From Candidatus Latescibacterota bacterium (GTDB lineage Bacteria; Latescibacterota; UBA2968): a stretch of DNA of 64,000 nucleotides. The stretch's first letter is position 1, and every line of letters begins with the position of its first letter. The position numbers and the translations under genes were made by a program. The stretch covers positions 3,904,001 through 3,968,000 of the forward strand of contig OZ242010.1 in NCBI GenBank assembly GCA_965204745.1. Direction: 5' to 3'. This document shows, piece after piece, positions 38,208 through 48,571 of the stretch. The notes below the pieces were generated by a model. It made no database searches and was not told the origin of the DNA. It saw only the letters and a list, made by a program, of their open reading frames with translations.

Positions 38208-41018
38208 ATGTCATTCGATATTGCGACAACTGCAAATGCCGATTACATCGACGCCATGTACGAAAAGTTCAGAGCCGATCCCAATTTGGTCGATGGGCAA
38301 TGGCAGGCATTTTTTGCGGGATTCGAGTTGGGAGCGCGGCGCGAGGGCGCGGATGAACCGGTGATCCAAAGCGCGCCTGAGCAGGCCGAAAGCGCGGGTG
38401 AGCGCGAGGCAATCGCCTTTCTCGATGCGTATGACACATTGGAGGAATACACGCGCACGGATATGACGCGGCAACAAGGCGCGATGGCCTTGGTCAATGC
38501 CTATCGCGCCTGGGGGCACATGATCGCCGATATCGCGCCGATGAGTTATACGCGGCCGCCCTATCCCCTGTTGGAATTGGCTGAATACGGCTTTACAGAA
38601 GACGATTTGGATCAAATTGTCGGCAATGGCGGCTTCAATGGCCCCACGGATGGCACGTTGCGCGACCTCGTCGCCAAGCTCGGGCAAACCTATTGCGGGT
38701 CCGTGGCCGTGGAATACACCGAGATCCCCTACAAGAGCCAACACGAGTGGCTAGAACAGCGCATGGAGCCGATTCTCAACCGGCCAAAATTCAGCGCGGA
38801 GCAATGCCGCGACCTCTTGGGGCAACTCATTGAAGCGCGGGAGTTTGAGCAATTTTTGCACACCAAGTACATCGGGCGAAAGCGGTTCTCTATCGAAGGC
38901 GGCGAGGCCCTCTTGCCCATGTTGCACGCGATCATCGAAACCGGCGCCGCGCTCAATGTCGAAGAAATTGTGATGGGGATGGCGCATCGCGGCAGGCTCA
39001 ACGTGCTCACGCATGTGATGCACAAGCCCTACGCGGAAATTTTCAGCGAGTTCGAGGGCGTTGTGATGGACCGCAGCGAGGGATCCGGCGACGTGAAATA
39101 CCACATGGGATACGCCCATGAATACATCACGCGCGATGGCCGCGAAGTGCATTTGGGATTGACGCCCAACCCGAGCCACCTCGAGTTGGTCAACCCGGTG
39201 ATCGAGGGCATCGTCTGCACCAAGCAAGAGACCAAAGGCGACATACAACACGAGCACATCGTCCCCTTGATCATCCACGGCGACGCCGCCTTTGCCGGGC
39301 AGGGCATCGTCCCGGAAACGATCTGCCTGTCCCACTTGGATGGCTACGACAACGGGGGCACGATCCACATTGTGGTCAACAACCAAATCGGGTTCACGGC
39401 CCTGCCCCGCGAATCCCGGTTTACGTCGTATCCAACAGACGTCGCCAAAATCGTCAAAATGCCGATTTTTCACGTCAATGGCGACGACCCCGAAGCCGTG
39501 GTCCACGCGGCGCGCTTGGCCATGGCCTATCGCCAAGCTGTGAAAAACGACGTGATCATCGACCTGTGGTGTTACCGCAGGTACGGGCACAATGAATCCG
39601 ACGATCCCGCTTTTACCCAACCTTTGCAATACGCTGAAATCGCGGCGCATCCGACGGTCGTCGATCTGTACGCCAACCGCCTCATCGAGCAAAACATCGC
39701 CACGGAAGACGACGTCGCGGCCATGAAACGCGCGGTGCGGGAAAAACTCGACGCCGGCTTGGTCGCGGCCAAGACGCAGACGATTGAACAACCGCGCGGG
39801 CCCTCATTTGGCGGCGCGTGGCAGGGATATGGCAAGGCGGGGACAGACCGCACCGCGAAAACCGCCGTGCCCGCAGCGCGCTTGATCGACATCGCCCAAA
39901 AGGCGACCGCCGTGCCCGAGGGGTTTCACCTCTACCGCAAATTGGCGCGCCAATTCGATTACCGCATGCAGATGGTCAACGGCAACGCGCCCATGGACTG
40001 GGGGTGCGCCGAGATGCTCGCGTTTGGCAGCTTGTTGGTCGAGGGCTACTCGGTGCGCTTGGCCGGGCAGGATTCGCAGCGCGGCACGTTTAGCCATCGG
40101 CAAGCCGTGTGGCACGACGTCAAAACCGGCGCGCTCTATTCCCCGCTGAATCACCTGTCGGACGATCAAGCCGGGTTCAGGGTGTACAATACCATGTTGT
40201 CCGAACTCGCGGTGCTCGGTTTTGAGTTTGGCGTGAGCTATGCCAACCCCAACAAATTGACGATTTGGGAAGCGCAGTTTGGCGATTTTGTCAATGGCGC
40301 GCAGGCCATCATCGATCAGTTCATTTCCAGTTCCGAGGCCAAGTGGGAAAAGATGAGCGGCTTGGTGATGCTGTTGCCACACGGGTTTGAAGGCCAAGGC
40401 CCCGAGCATTCGAGCGCGCGCTTAGAGCGGTTTCAAGCCCTATGCGCCGAAGACAACATGCAGGTGGGCTGTCCCACCTTGCCCGCGCAGTATTTCCATC
40501 TGTTGCGCCGGCAGATGCTCCGCGAGTTTCGCAAGCCCCTGATTTTGATGATGCCCAAGAGTTTGTTGCGGCACAAAGAATCGACCTCCGCGCCCGACGA
40601 TTTGGCTTCCGGCGCGTTTTACCCGGTTTTGGACGACCCCGCACAGCCGGATCCCAGCCGGGTCGAGCGCGTCGTGTTTTGCACGGGCAAGGTCTTTTTC
40701 GACCTCAAAGAGGGGCGCGATCAAAAGGGCGAGGATCGGCTCGCGCTGGTGCGGATCGAAGAACACTATCCGTTCCCGTGGGATAGCGTGGGCGCGATTC
40801 TCGACAAATACCCGGATGCGGACATTTTCTGGGGACAAGAAGAGCCGCAAAACATGGGCAGTTGGGATTTTATGGAGCCAAAAATCCGCCGCGCGCTCGC
40901 CGACAAAAAGCCCGTGCATTACATCGGGCGCAAGCCCACCGCTGCAACGGCTACGGGCATTCAATCCGTGCATCTGGCCGAACAGCGCGAGATCGTGGAA
41001 ACGACATTGGATTTCTAA
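38208..41018 (+). CDS. sucA: 2-oxoglutarate dehydrogenase E1
   Basis: KRFSIEG, GMAHRGRLN, NPSHLE, HGDAAFAGQG, WEAQFGDF, GPEHSSAR. Confidence 0.97.
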   Translation: MSFDIATTANADYIDAMYEKFRADPNLVDGQWQAFFAGFELGARREGADEPVIQSAPEQAESAGEREAIAFLDAYDTLEEYTRTDMTRQQGAMALVNAYRAWGHMIADIAPMSYTRPPYPLLELAEYGFTEDDLDQIVGNGGFNGPTDGTLRDLVAKLGQTYCGSVAVEYTEIPYKSQHEWLEQRMEPILNRPKFSAEQCRDLLGQLIEAREFEQFLHTKYIGRKRFSIEGGEALLPMLHAIIETGAALNVEEIVMGMAHRGRLNVLTHVMHKPYAEIFSEFEGVVMDRSEGSGDVKYHMGYAHEYITRDGREVHLGLTPNPSHLELVNPVIEGIVCTKQETKGDIQHEHIVPLIIHGDAAFAGQGIVPETICLSHLDGYDNGGTIHIVVNNQIGFTALPRESRFTSYPTDVAKIVKMPIFHVNGDDPEAVVHAARLAMAYRQAVKNDVIIDLWCYRRYGHNESDDPAFTQPLQYAEIAAHPTVVDLYANRLIEQNIATEDDVAAMKRAVREKLDAGLVAAKTQTIEQPRGPSFGGAWQGYGKAGTDRTAKTAVPAARLIDIAQKATAVPEGFHLYRKLARQFDYRMQMVNGNAPMDWGCAEMLAFGSLLVEGYSVRLAGQDSQRGTFSHRQAVWHDVKTGALYSPLNHLSDDQAGFRVYNTMLSELAVLGFEFGVSYANPNKLTIWEAQFGDFVNGAQAIIDQFISSSEAKWEKMSGLVMLLPHGFEGQGPEHSSARLERFQALCAEDNMQVGCPTLPAQYFHLLRRQMLREFRKPLILMMPKSLLRHKESTSAPDDLASGAFYPVLDDPAQPDPSRVERVVFCTGKVFFDLKEGRDQKGEDRLALVRIEEHYPFPWDSVGAILDKYPDADIFWGQEEPQNMGSWDFMEPKIRRALADKKPVHYIGRKPTAATATGIQSVHLAEQREIVETTLDF

Positions 41019-41069
41019 CCCAACCCCCCGTTTCCCCGGACGGGGCGGAGTAACTTTAAGGAGGCACGC

Positions 41070-42254
41070 ATGCCCGTCGACGTGGTTTTGCCCGAATTGG
41101 GCGAGTCTGTCACCAGCGCCATTTTGGTCGAGTGGTTGAAATTGGATGGCGAGGCTGTCGCCGTGGATGAACCCATTGCGGTTATCGAAACGGATAAAGC
41201 CGATGTGGAATTGCCCGCGCCATCATCTGGCGTGTTGCACACCTTGAGGGCCGATGGCGACACCATCGAAATCGGCGAGGCCATCGCCACGATTGCAGAA
41301 GACGGCGCGCCAACGGTCAGTCGAGAATCGCGCCCGCCCGTGGCTGAGGCCGCGGCCCCTGTCGCAACCGCGCCCACAGATGCCCTAAGCCCGGCCGTGC
41401 GCCGCCTGGTGACAGAACACAATCTCGACCCCACGACCATCGCCGGCACCGGCAAAGATGGGCGATTGACCAAAGGAGATGTGCTCGCCCATCTCGATTC
41501 GGCAACGCCGGAACCGGAACCCCAAATCGAACCCGAACCAGCGGCACCACCAGCCGCCGGTGAACGGCGCGAGCCAATGAGCCAACTTCGCACGCGCATT
41601 GCCCAGCGTCTGGTCTCGGCACAGCAGACCGCGGCCATGTTGACCACGTTTAACGAGGTCGATATGAGCGGTATTTTTGAGTTGCGCGGCAAATACAAAG
41701 AGCCTTTTGCAGAGGTCCACGGCGTGTCCCTGGGCTTGATGTCCTTTTTCGTGCGCGCCTGCGTCATTGCCCTGGGGGATTTTCCCGACGTGAACGCCAG
41801 TATAGATGGTTCCGATATCGTCTATCGCGATTACGTCAACATGGGCATTGCCGTGGGCACGGATCGCGGCGTCGTGGTCCCGGTTTTGAAATCCGCAGAG
41901 CGCATGTCTTTTGCGACCATCGAATCCGAGATCAAGCGCGTGGCCCTGTCCGCACGCGAGGGCAAACTCGGCCTGAACGAGTTGAGCGGAGGCACCTTTA
42001 CAATTACCAATGGCGGCGTGTTTGGGTCCCTGTTGTCAACCCCCATTCTCACGCCACCGCAGACCGGCATTTTGGGCATGCACGCCATTCAAAACCGGCC
42101 CATTGCCGTGGGCGATGAGGTGGTCATCCGCCCCATGATGTATCTCGCCTTGACCTATGACCACCGCATCATCGACGGCCAAACTTCGGTCACATTCCTC
42201 GTGCGCGTCAAAAACCTGCTCGAAGACCCCGCACGCATGATGTTGGAGGTGTAG
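41070..42254 (+). CDS. sucB: Dihydrolipoyllysine succinyltransferase E2
   Basis: ETDKA lipoyl site, [22 protein letters not shown]. Confidence 0.95.
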   Translation: MPVDVVLPELGESVTSAILVEWLKLDGEAVAVDEPIAVIETDKADVELPAPSSGVLHTLRADGDTIEIGEAIATIAEDGAPTVSRESRPPVAEAAAPVATAPTDALSPAVRRLVTEHNLDPTTIAGTGKDGRLTKGDVLAHLDSATPEPEPQIEPEPAAPPAAGERREPMSQLRTRIAQRLVSAQQTAAMLTTFNEVDMSGIFELRGKYKEPFAEVHGVSLGLMSFFVRACVIALGDFPDVNASIDGSDIVYRDYVNMGIAVGTDRGVVVPVLKSAERMSFATIESEIKRVALSAREGKLGLNELSGGTFTITNGGVFGSLLSTPILTPPQTGILGMHAIQNRPIAVGDEVVIRPMMYLALTYDHRIIDGQTSVTFLVRVKNLLEDPARMMLEV

Positions 42255-42259
42255 GTATG

Positions 42260-42409
42260 AAGGCTAAGAGAGGGAAGAGGCAAGAGACGAAAGGCAAGAG
42301 GCGAAAGGCGAAAGGCAAAAGGGGAGAGGCAAGAGGCAAGAGGGGAGAGGCGAAAGGCAAGAGGGGAGAGGGTGCCTTCTCACGTCTTGCCTCTCACTTC
42401 TCACCTTTT
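42260..42409. repeat. Purine B array followed by inverted pyrimidine B tract (hairpin)
   Basis: AGGCAAG/AGGCGAA/AGGGGAG units, then TCTCACG TCTTGCC TCTCACT TCTCACC. Confidence 0.9.
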
Positions 42410-42418
42410 GCAGACGGA

Positions 42419-44557
42419 ATGCCGCAAGACAGGTATAAAACGCTTTTCTACGCTTTGATCGCGCTCTATGGCGTCCTCATCTTGAGTACGTTTCGCCAGT
42501 ATGGCATCACCGTCGATGAACCCCCTCAAGTGGCTTATGGACAGGCCATATTTGACTGGTACTTTGGTGAGGGTAATATCACAGACCTTTTTGAGAAAGA
42601 TAAAGCCCTTGAACTCTATGGCGTCTTGTTTAACCTCGTCGCTTACAGTACATCTCAACTCCTTCCCTTTGACATTTATGACGCGCACCACCTCGCCAAC
42701 GCAGTCGTAGGGCTACTAGGCGTTGTAATCGTTTACAAAATCGGCACAGCCCTGGGCACATCATCCACGGGGTTGCTCGCAGCGGTTCTCCTTTTGCTCA
42801 TGCCCCGTTATTACGGGCACGCTTTTAATAATCCCAAAGATATCCCTTTTGCGATATGTTATGCGTGGAGTCTCTATCACCTAATACGCGGTTTGGGCGA
42901 AATCCCTCATCTCTCGTGGAAAAGAATCATCTTCACGGGGTTGGGCATAGGGACGGCGTTGGGCACGCGCGTTGGTGGATTAATCCTTTTTGCCTATCTC
43001 GGTTTATTTTGGACACTGGCTTATGTTTTTTTACTGACAACGCGCAACAAAATCGCGCATCTCAAAATGTATGCGATTCAACTGGGTTGCGTCATCGCCA
43101 TAGCCTGGGTTGTCATGCTCGCGGTTTGGCCTCGCGCACAGCAAGAGCCCTTTACCTATCCATTTTATGCGTTGCGTTATTTTTCCCATTTTACGCATCA
43201 CAACACCACATTTTTTGATGGACAAATCGTACTAAGTGTCGATGTTCCGCGAAATTACGCTTTGCAATGGCTGGCGATGGTCCTGCCCGAACTCCATATG
43301 ATCTGTCTCGTCGCGGGCCTGTACTATCTCGTTTGTCATTTCAAAAAACGCACGCTATCACATCGCCATTTGCAATGGGCACTCATCGCCTTTGCCGTTG
43401 TATTTCCACTTGCTTACGTTATCGCGATCCGCGCCCCACTTTACGCTGGTTTTCGCCATTTCTTATTTATTTTGCCGCCGCTGGCAGTCTTATGCGCGGG
43501 GGGTTTAGAACGCACATTCCGACACCTTCTCCAGCGCGTCCGCATCGTCTGGATCATACCCGTTTTGCTCGCTGGCCTCACGCTCTACGACATGATTCGC
43601 CTACATCCCAATGAGTATGTGTATTTCAATCGAATTTATGCCGGCGGTCTGTTCAAGGCGGCGCAAAAATATGACACCGACTATTGGGAAAATACCTATA
43701 AACAGGGCATTGCTTGGCTAGATAAGCACTACGCCATGCTTGCGAAAGGTCGCTCTAAACTTCGCGTTGGCGCGGAAAGCAAAAATGCACAATACATGCT
43801 CGATAAAGCGCGATATGTGTTCAACCCCGTGCCAGAACACATCGATGTGTATTTGAGCACGACCCGCGAAAACCACCACAAGTTGGTTCCCGGAGAGATC
43901 TTTCACATAGTCAAGAGAGACCGAGTGCCTCTTTTTTACGTCATCCGCGCGGACAGCAGTTATGACACCGATCCATTCTTCATCCACCCTGCCAGTCGAT
44001 ACTCAATATTAGGGTGGAAATACATCAGAGAAAAAAATTATCCAGGCGCATGTGAGGCTTACAAAAATGCCCTCCACCACGCCCCAAAGGAGCCGTTTTT
44101 ACATACCAAAATAGGTTTTGTTTATTTGCAATTAAAAGAATACGAAAAAGCCCGAGAACATCTCGAGCGGTCTCTCGTCCTTAACCCCAGATACGCCGAG
44201 GCGTATCGCCATTTGGGCCAGGTGTATATTGCCCTCAATCAATACGATAAAGCATTGGCTACCTATCACAAACTTTCGACTCACACGCCAGAATTTGCAG
44301 ACATCTATTTTAACATAGGCGTTCTCTCGCTCAAACAATTGCAATTTGAATCTGCAATTGAGGCATTTGAAAAGGTGCTTCAATACAGGCCCACAGATCA
44401 CGAAGCTCATTGGTATCTCGCTGTGGCCTATGAACACAGCAATCTCATTTTGAAAGCAATTGGCGCCTATCGCAATGTCCTGAAATACAAAGGCGCCGAT
44501 CCCAAAATCAGCGCGAAAATACAAGCCCTTCAAAATACACGACAAAAGCGTGAATAG
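42419..44557 (+). CDS. GT-C (PMT/GT39/ArnT-like) membrane glycosyltransferase with C-terminal TPR repeats
   Basis: YGITVDE after TM1, NNPKDIPFA, LYAGFRHFLF, TDYW, about 5-6 TPR-like repeats; alternative in-frame start at 42257. Confidence 0.8.
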   Translation: MPQDRYKTLFYALIALYGVLILSTFRQYGITVDEPPQVAYGQAIFDWYFGEGNITDLFEKDKALELYGVLFNLVAYSTSQLLPFDIYDAHHLANAVVGLLGVVIVYKIGTALGTSSTGLLAAVLLLLMPRYYGHAFNNPKDIPFAICYAWSLYHLIRGLGEIPHLSWKRIIFTGLGIGTALGTRVGGLILFAYLGLFWTLAYVFLLTTRNKIAHLKMYAIQLGCVIAIAWVVMLAVWPRAQQEPFTYPFYALRYFSHFTHHNTTFFDGQIVLSVDVPRNYALQWLAMVLPELHMICLVAGLYYLVCHFKKRTLSHRHLQWALIAFAVVFPLAYVIAIRAPLYAGFRHFLFILPPLAVLCAGGLERTFRHLLQRVRIVWIIPVLLAGLTLYDMIRLHPNEYVYFNRIYAGGLFKAAQKYDTDYWENTYKQGIAWLDKHYAMLAKGRSKLRVGAESKNAQYMLDKARYVFNPVPEHIDVYLSTTRENHHKLVPGEIFHIVKRDRVPLFYVIRADSSYDTDPFFIHPASRYSILGWKYIREKNYPGACEAYKNALHHAPKEPFLHTKIGFVYLQLKEYEKAREHLERSLVLNPRYAEAYRHLGQVYIALNQYDKALATYHKLSTHTPEFADIYFNIGVLSLKQLQFESAIEAFEKVLQYRPTDHEAHWYLAVAYEHSNLILKAIGAYRNVLKYKGADPKISAKIQALQNTRQKRE

Positions 44558-44751
44558 ATGGCACGGGGTACAACCGACCGTTTTTCAGGCCAGTTCACAG
44601 ACGGCCGCAGTTTCCAAAGGCGGTCAGCAATGCACTGTATTTCACAAGCCCCGATATGGCGGATGTTGAACTGGATGGCCTGAGTCACCTTAAACGCTCA
44701 CACCGAGGCACCAAACGAGTAGAGTGACATTTGCGCTTTACAGAAAGTTTG

Positions 44752-44760
44752 TGGTATAAT
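44752..44760 (+). promoter_or_regulatory. Extended -10 promoter upstream of lpdA
   Basis: TGgTATAAT. Confidence 0.55.
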
Positions 44761-44834
44761 ACTTTGAGCGCAGAAGAAAAGCCGCTTTGATGACTTGTAG
44801 GATACGGACAACTTGAAATTGAATGGGTATAACC

Positions 44835-46220
44835 ATGACAAACTCTACATTTGATCTCATCGTTATCGGCGCAGGGCCGGGGGGGTATGTCGCTGCGATT
44901 CGCGCGGCGCAACTGGGCATGCGCGTGGCGTGCGTTGAAAAACGCGCACTGGGCGGCACCTGCCTCAATGTGGGTTGTATTCCGAGTAAGGCCCTGCTGG
45001 AATCGAGCGAATTGTTTCACCGCGCACAGACCGCGTTGGGTGTTCACGGCGTCATGGTCGAGGGTATTACACTCGATTTGGCGGGCATGATGAAGCGCAA
45101 GTCCGATATCGTTCGGAAAATGGCGGCCGGGATCCGCGGCCTGTTTCGCAAGCACAATGTGACGCATATCCCGGGCACGGCGCGGTTGATGGGCGACGGC
45201 GAGGTCGATGTCGAAGGGGAGATGTATTCGGCAACGCGCATTTTGATCGCCACGGGCAGTTCCGAGATCGAATTGCCCAATTTGCCCTACGATGGCGAGT
45301 GCGTGATCAGTTCCACCGAGGCTTTGGCACTGGACGCAGTGCCCGAGCGGATGATCGTCATCGGCGCGGGCGCAATCGGCCTCGAGTTGGGGTCCGTGTG
45401 GCGTCGCTTGGGGGCCGAGGTGCATGTGGTCGAATTTCTCGACGGGATCGCGCCGACAATGGACCGAGAACTGTGCCGCGCCCTGCAAAAGCTGTTGGAA
45501 AAACAGGGGTTGACATTCGCGTTTGAAACGCGGGCCGAAGCGGCCGAGGTTTGCGATAGCAACGTGACCGCAACCCTTGTGCAAGGCGAGGAGACGACTT
45601 TTGAAACGTGTGATAAATTGCTGGTCGCCGTGGGGCGAAAGCCCAATACCGAGGGGCTTGGGGCCGAAGAGGTGGGCTTGGCAATGGACGATAAGGGCCG
45701 CATTTTGGTCGATGAAAAATTTGAGACCAATGTGCCCGGCGTCTATGCCATCGGCGATGTAATCCCCGGTCCGATGCTGGCGCACAAGGCAGAAGAAGAG
45801 GGGATTGCAGCGGTAGAACGCATGGCCGACAAAGCCGGGCATGTGAATTACCACGCAATCCCCAATGTGGTGTACACGCATCCGGAACTCGCATCGGTCG
45901 GCCTCACCGAAGAACAGGTCAAAGAGCGGGGGATGCCCTACAAGGTGGGCAAATTTCCCCTGATTGCCAATGGTCGCGCCCATGCCTTAGACGCCACAGA
46001 TGGCCTGGTGAAGATCATCGCGCACGAGAAAACGGATCGCGTTTTGGGCGTCCACATCTTGGCGGCCCACGCCTCGGATATGCTCGCCGAAGGCGTGCTC
46101 GCAATGGAATTTTCCGCTAGCGCAGAGGATATCGCCCGCACCATGCACGCGCACCCCACGCTTGCCGAAACCCTCAAAGAAGCCGCGCTCAACGTCGCGC
46201 AAGAGGCGATTCACATTTAG
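44835..46220 (+). CDS. lpdA: Dihydrolipoyl dehydrogenase E3
   Basis: GAGPGG, GGTCLNVGCIPSK, GAGAIG, HAHPT. Confidence 0.96.
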   Translation: MTNSTFDLIVIGAGPGGYVAAIRAAQLGMRVACVEKRALGGTCLNVGCIPSKALLESSELFHRAQTALGVHGVMVEGITLDLAGMMKRKSDIVRKMAAGIRGLFRKHNVTHIPGTARLMGDGEVDVEGEMYSATRILIATGSSEIELPNLPYDGECVISSTEALALDAVPERMIVIGAGAIGLELGSVWRRLGAEVHVVEFLDGIAPTMDRELCRALQKLLEKQGLTFAFETRAEAAEVCDSNVTATLVQGEETTFETCDKLLVAVGRKPNTEGLGAEEVGLAMDDKGRILVDEKFETNVPGVYAIGDVIPGPMLAHKAEEEGIAAVERMADKAGHVNYHAIPNVVYTHPELASVGLTEEQVKERGMPYKVGKFPLIANGRAHALDATDGLVKIIAHEKTDRVLGVHILAAHASDMLAEGVLAMEFSASAEDIARTMHAHPTLAETLKEAALNVAQEAIHI

Positions 46221-46238
46221 AAGTCGTCTTAAATTACA

Positions 46239-47213
46239 ATGTCCACCACACCTGAAATCACGGTCCAAAACCTCCGAAAAACATATCGCGTTCCCGAGCG
46301 GAAATCCGGATTGGGCGCGGCCATCAAAAGCCTGGTCTCGCGCACCACGCACGACATCCAAGCCGTCAAAAGCATCTCCTTTGACGTCGCGCCGGGGGAG
46401 ATCGTCGGCTTCTTAGGCCCCAATGGCGCGGGCAAAACCACCACCCTCAAAATGCTCTCGGGCCTGTTGCATCCAACCTCGGGCACCCTCTCTGTCTTGG
46501 GGCACACCCCGCACGCACGCCACAAAGACTTTCTCAGCCGCATCACTTTGGTCATGGGCCAGCGCAACCAACTCATGTGGGACATCCCCGTCGCCGACTC
46601 GTTTGAACGCAACCGCGCCATTTACCGCATCTCCCGCCGCGACTACGACCAAACCCTCGGCGAACTCAACGCCCTGCTCGACCTGAATGACCTGCTCGCC
46701 AAACCCGTCCGCAACCTGTCCTTGGGCGAACGCATGAAATGCGAAATCGCCGCGGCCTTGCTCCACCGCCCGCAAGTCCTCTTCCTCGACGAACCCACCA
46801 TTGGCCTCGACGTCGCCATGCAACGCCGCATCCGCGCTTTTATCGGGGAATACAACCGCCATCACAGCGCGACCGTCTTGCTCACCTCGCACTACATGGC
46901 CGACGTGGAAGCCCTGTGCAAACGGGTCATCGTCATTCACCGCGGGGACATCCTCTTTGACGGGGACCTCAACGCGCTCGTAGAACGCTTTTCACCGCAC
47001 AAAACCATTGTCGTCGATCTGGAAACGGACCGCGCAGACCTCTCAGCCTACGGCGACATCGTCACCGCCGAAGGCAGTCGCGTCACCCTTCGCGTGCCCA
47101 AAACAAAAACCGCCGAGGTCACCGGAAAACTGCTCGCGGACCTCCCCATCATCGACCTCACCGTTCAAGACCCGCCTATCGAGGAGGTGATTGAACAGGT
47201 GTTTGCGTCGTAG
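46239..47213 (+). CDS. ABC-2-type transporter ATP-binding protein
   Basis: GPNGAGKT, LSLGERM, LFLDEPT, SH. Confidence 0.9.
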   Translation: MSTTPEITVQNLRKTYRVPERKSGLGAAIKSLVSRTTHDIQAVKSISFDVAPGEIVGFLGPNGAGKTTTLKMLSGLLHPTSGTLSVLGHTPHARHKDFLSRITLVMGQRNQLMWDIPVADSFERNRAIYRISRRDYDQTLGELNALLDLNDLLAKPVRNLSLGERMKCEIAAALLHRPQVLFLDEPTIGLDVAMQRRIRAFIGEYNRHHSATVLLTSHYMADVEALCKRVIVIHRGDILFDGDLNALVERFSPHKTIVVDLETDRADLSAYGDIVTAEGSRVTLRVPKTKTAEVTGKLLADLPIIDLTVQDPPIEEVIEQVFAS

Positions 47214-47225
47214 GGTGTCACGCAC

Positions 47226-47366
47226 AGTAAGAAGTAAGAGGGGAGAGGCGAGAGGCAAGAGGCAAGAGGGGAGAAGGCTACCGCGCTGTTCCTCAAGTTG
47301 TCAGTTGTCAGTTGTCAGTTGTCAGTTGTCAGTTGTCAGTTGTCAGTTGTCAGTTGTCAGTTGTCA
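47226..47366 (+). repeat. Purine B tract plus perfect (GTTGTCA)x10
   Basis: 10 perfect units at 47297-47366. Confidence 0.95.
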
Positions 47367-48393
47367 ATGCGAATTAAGAGTAGAAAGCGAGTAAGAAGCA
47401 AGCCGCGGTCAATCGCCCAAAGACATGAACGAGTAAGCCCTCATAGGATCGTACCCGAGACGCCATCGAGATGTTCGTCTTTCGTTCAGGATCGTACCCG
47501 AGACGCCATCGAGATGTTCGTCTTTCGTTCAATCCAACTGAACAAGGCCTCAATCGGCTGTCGTATGCTCGAAACCGCCCGAGAATAGTCTTTTTCGGCT
47601 TCGGTCAGGCTTTCTTGTCCCTTCTTGCGCTTCACCGGCGTCTCGAAGATCAGGTTCTGCTGTTTGCTAAGCGTGTCTTTTAAGGGCTGATCGGCGTAGA
47701 TTTTATCGCCGTAGAGGTGTCCATCACGCAAAACGGGTAAGACTTGTCGCAAAGCGGTCAGGTCATGCTCTGCTGCACCTGTCAAGCCGATGTACTCTGC
47801 TTTCGGGAGGCCGTTCTCACGGTCTTGTGCGACAATGTGCAGTTTGGTGCCGTAATACCACATCTTTTTGGAAGCGCAGCGGCCTTTGTTGGCCAGTTGT
47901 TCTTCGGCCACACACGCCTGACCGCTGCGTGCCGATTGTGCCATGACAATCGGCATGGAATCCACCAAGTAGGTGTGTTCAGAGAGATCGGTTGCGGGAC
48001 TGTCCTTTTGGATTTGTTCAATCAATGGCGCGAAGACCACACACAAGCGGTTCAACCGCTGGATATAGCCTGCATAAGTGGGCAGATGGGGAAACCAGTC
48101 GGAAAGATGATCCTTGGTATAGGTATAAATCGCCTTGATCTGCGTGTGCTGTTGCATGATCCCAAACAAATAGATCGTCAGCACTTCTTCATCTGTGAAG
48201 GTCGGCGTATCGTTATTGCTCATGCGTTCCGTATAAAACCACAGATGCTTTTGGTCATACTGCTGACAAATATAGACATACAAGTGAATGAGTTTATCTT
48301 GCCAATCCATCGCGTGCTCCTTCCTTTAAGGGTGAAATGACTGAGCCCTCAAGAAAAGACAAGTACGCGATGGATTCAACTCTTAATTCGCAT
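47367..48393 (-). mobile_element. IS982-family insertion sequence (1027 bp)
   Basis: Terminal inverted repeats ATGCGAATTAAGAGT(A/T)GAA, TGTCA target duplication, DDE transposase. Confidence 0.9.
47486..48310 (-). pseudogene. IS982 transposase truncated by a 43-bp tandem duplication
   Basis: DSMPI, GTKLH, GDKIY, RQPIEALF; the duplication 47445-47487/47488-47530 creates a TGA and displaces the tail YEGLLVHVFGRLTAACFLLAFYS*. Confidence 0.85.
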
Positions 48394-48450
48394 TGTCAGT
48401 TGTCAGTTGTCAGTTGTCAGTTGTCAGTTGTCAGTCCGCCCCGCCCAATC
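48394..48450 (+). repeat. (GTTGTCA)x5 plus reverse linker
   Basis: Continuation of the array split by the IS; CCGCCCCGCCCAATC follows. Confidence 0.95.
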
Positions 48451-48456
48451 CCCGTC

Positions 48457-48483
48457 GTAGGGGCGATGCCCCTGTGCTCGTCC
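48457..48483 (+). repeat. GTAG-type REP
   Basis: GTAG-GGGCGA-TGCCCCTGTGC-TCGTCC hairpin. Confidence 0.75.
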
Positions 48484-48571
48484 AAAGCTACAAGAGGGGA
48501 GAAGGTAGCCGTGTTATCCCTCTCATCGCCTGAAAACAAAACACCTACTGATCACTCCAAAGGATCACCTT

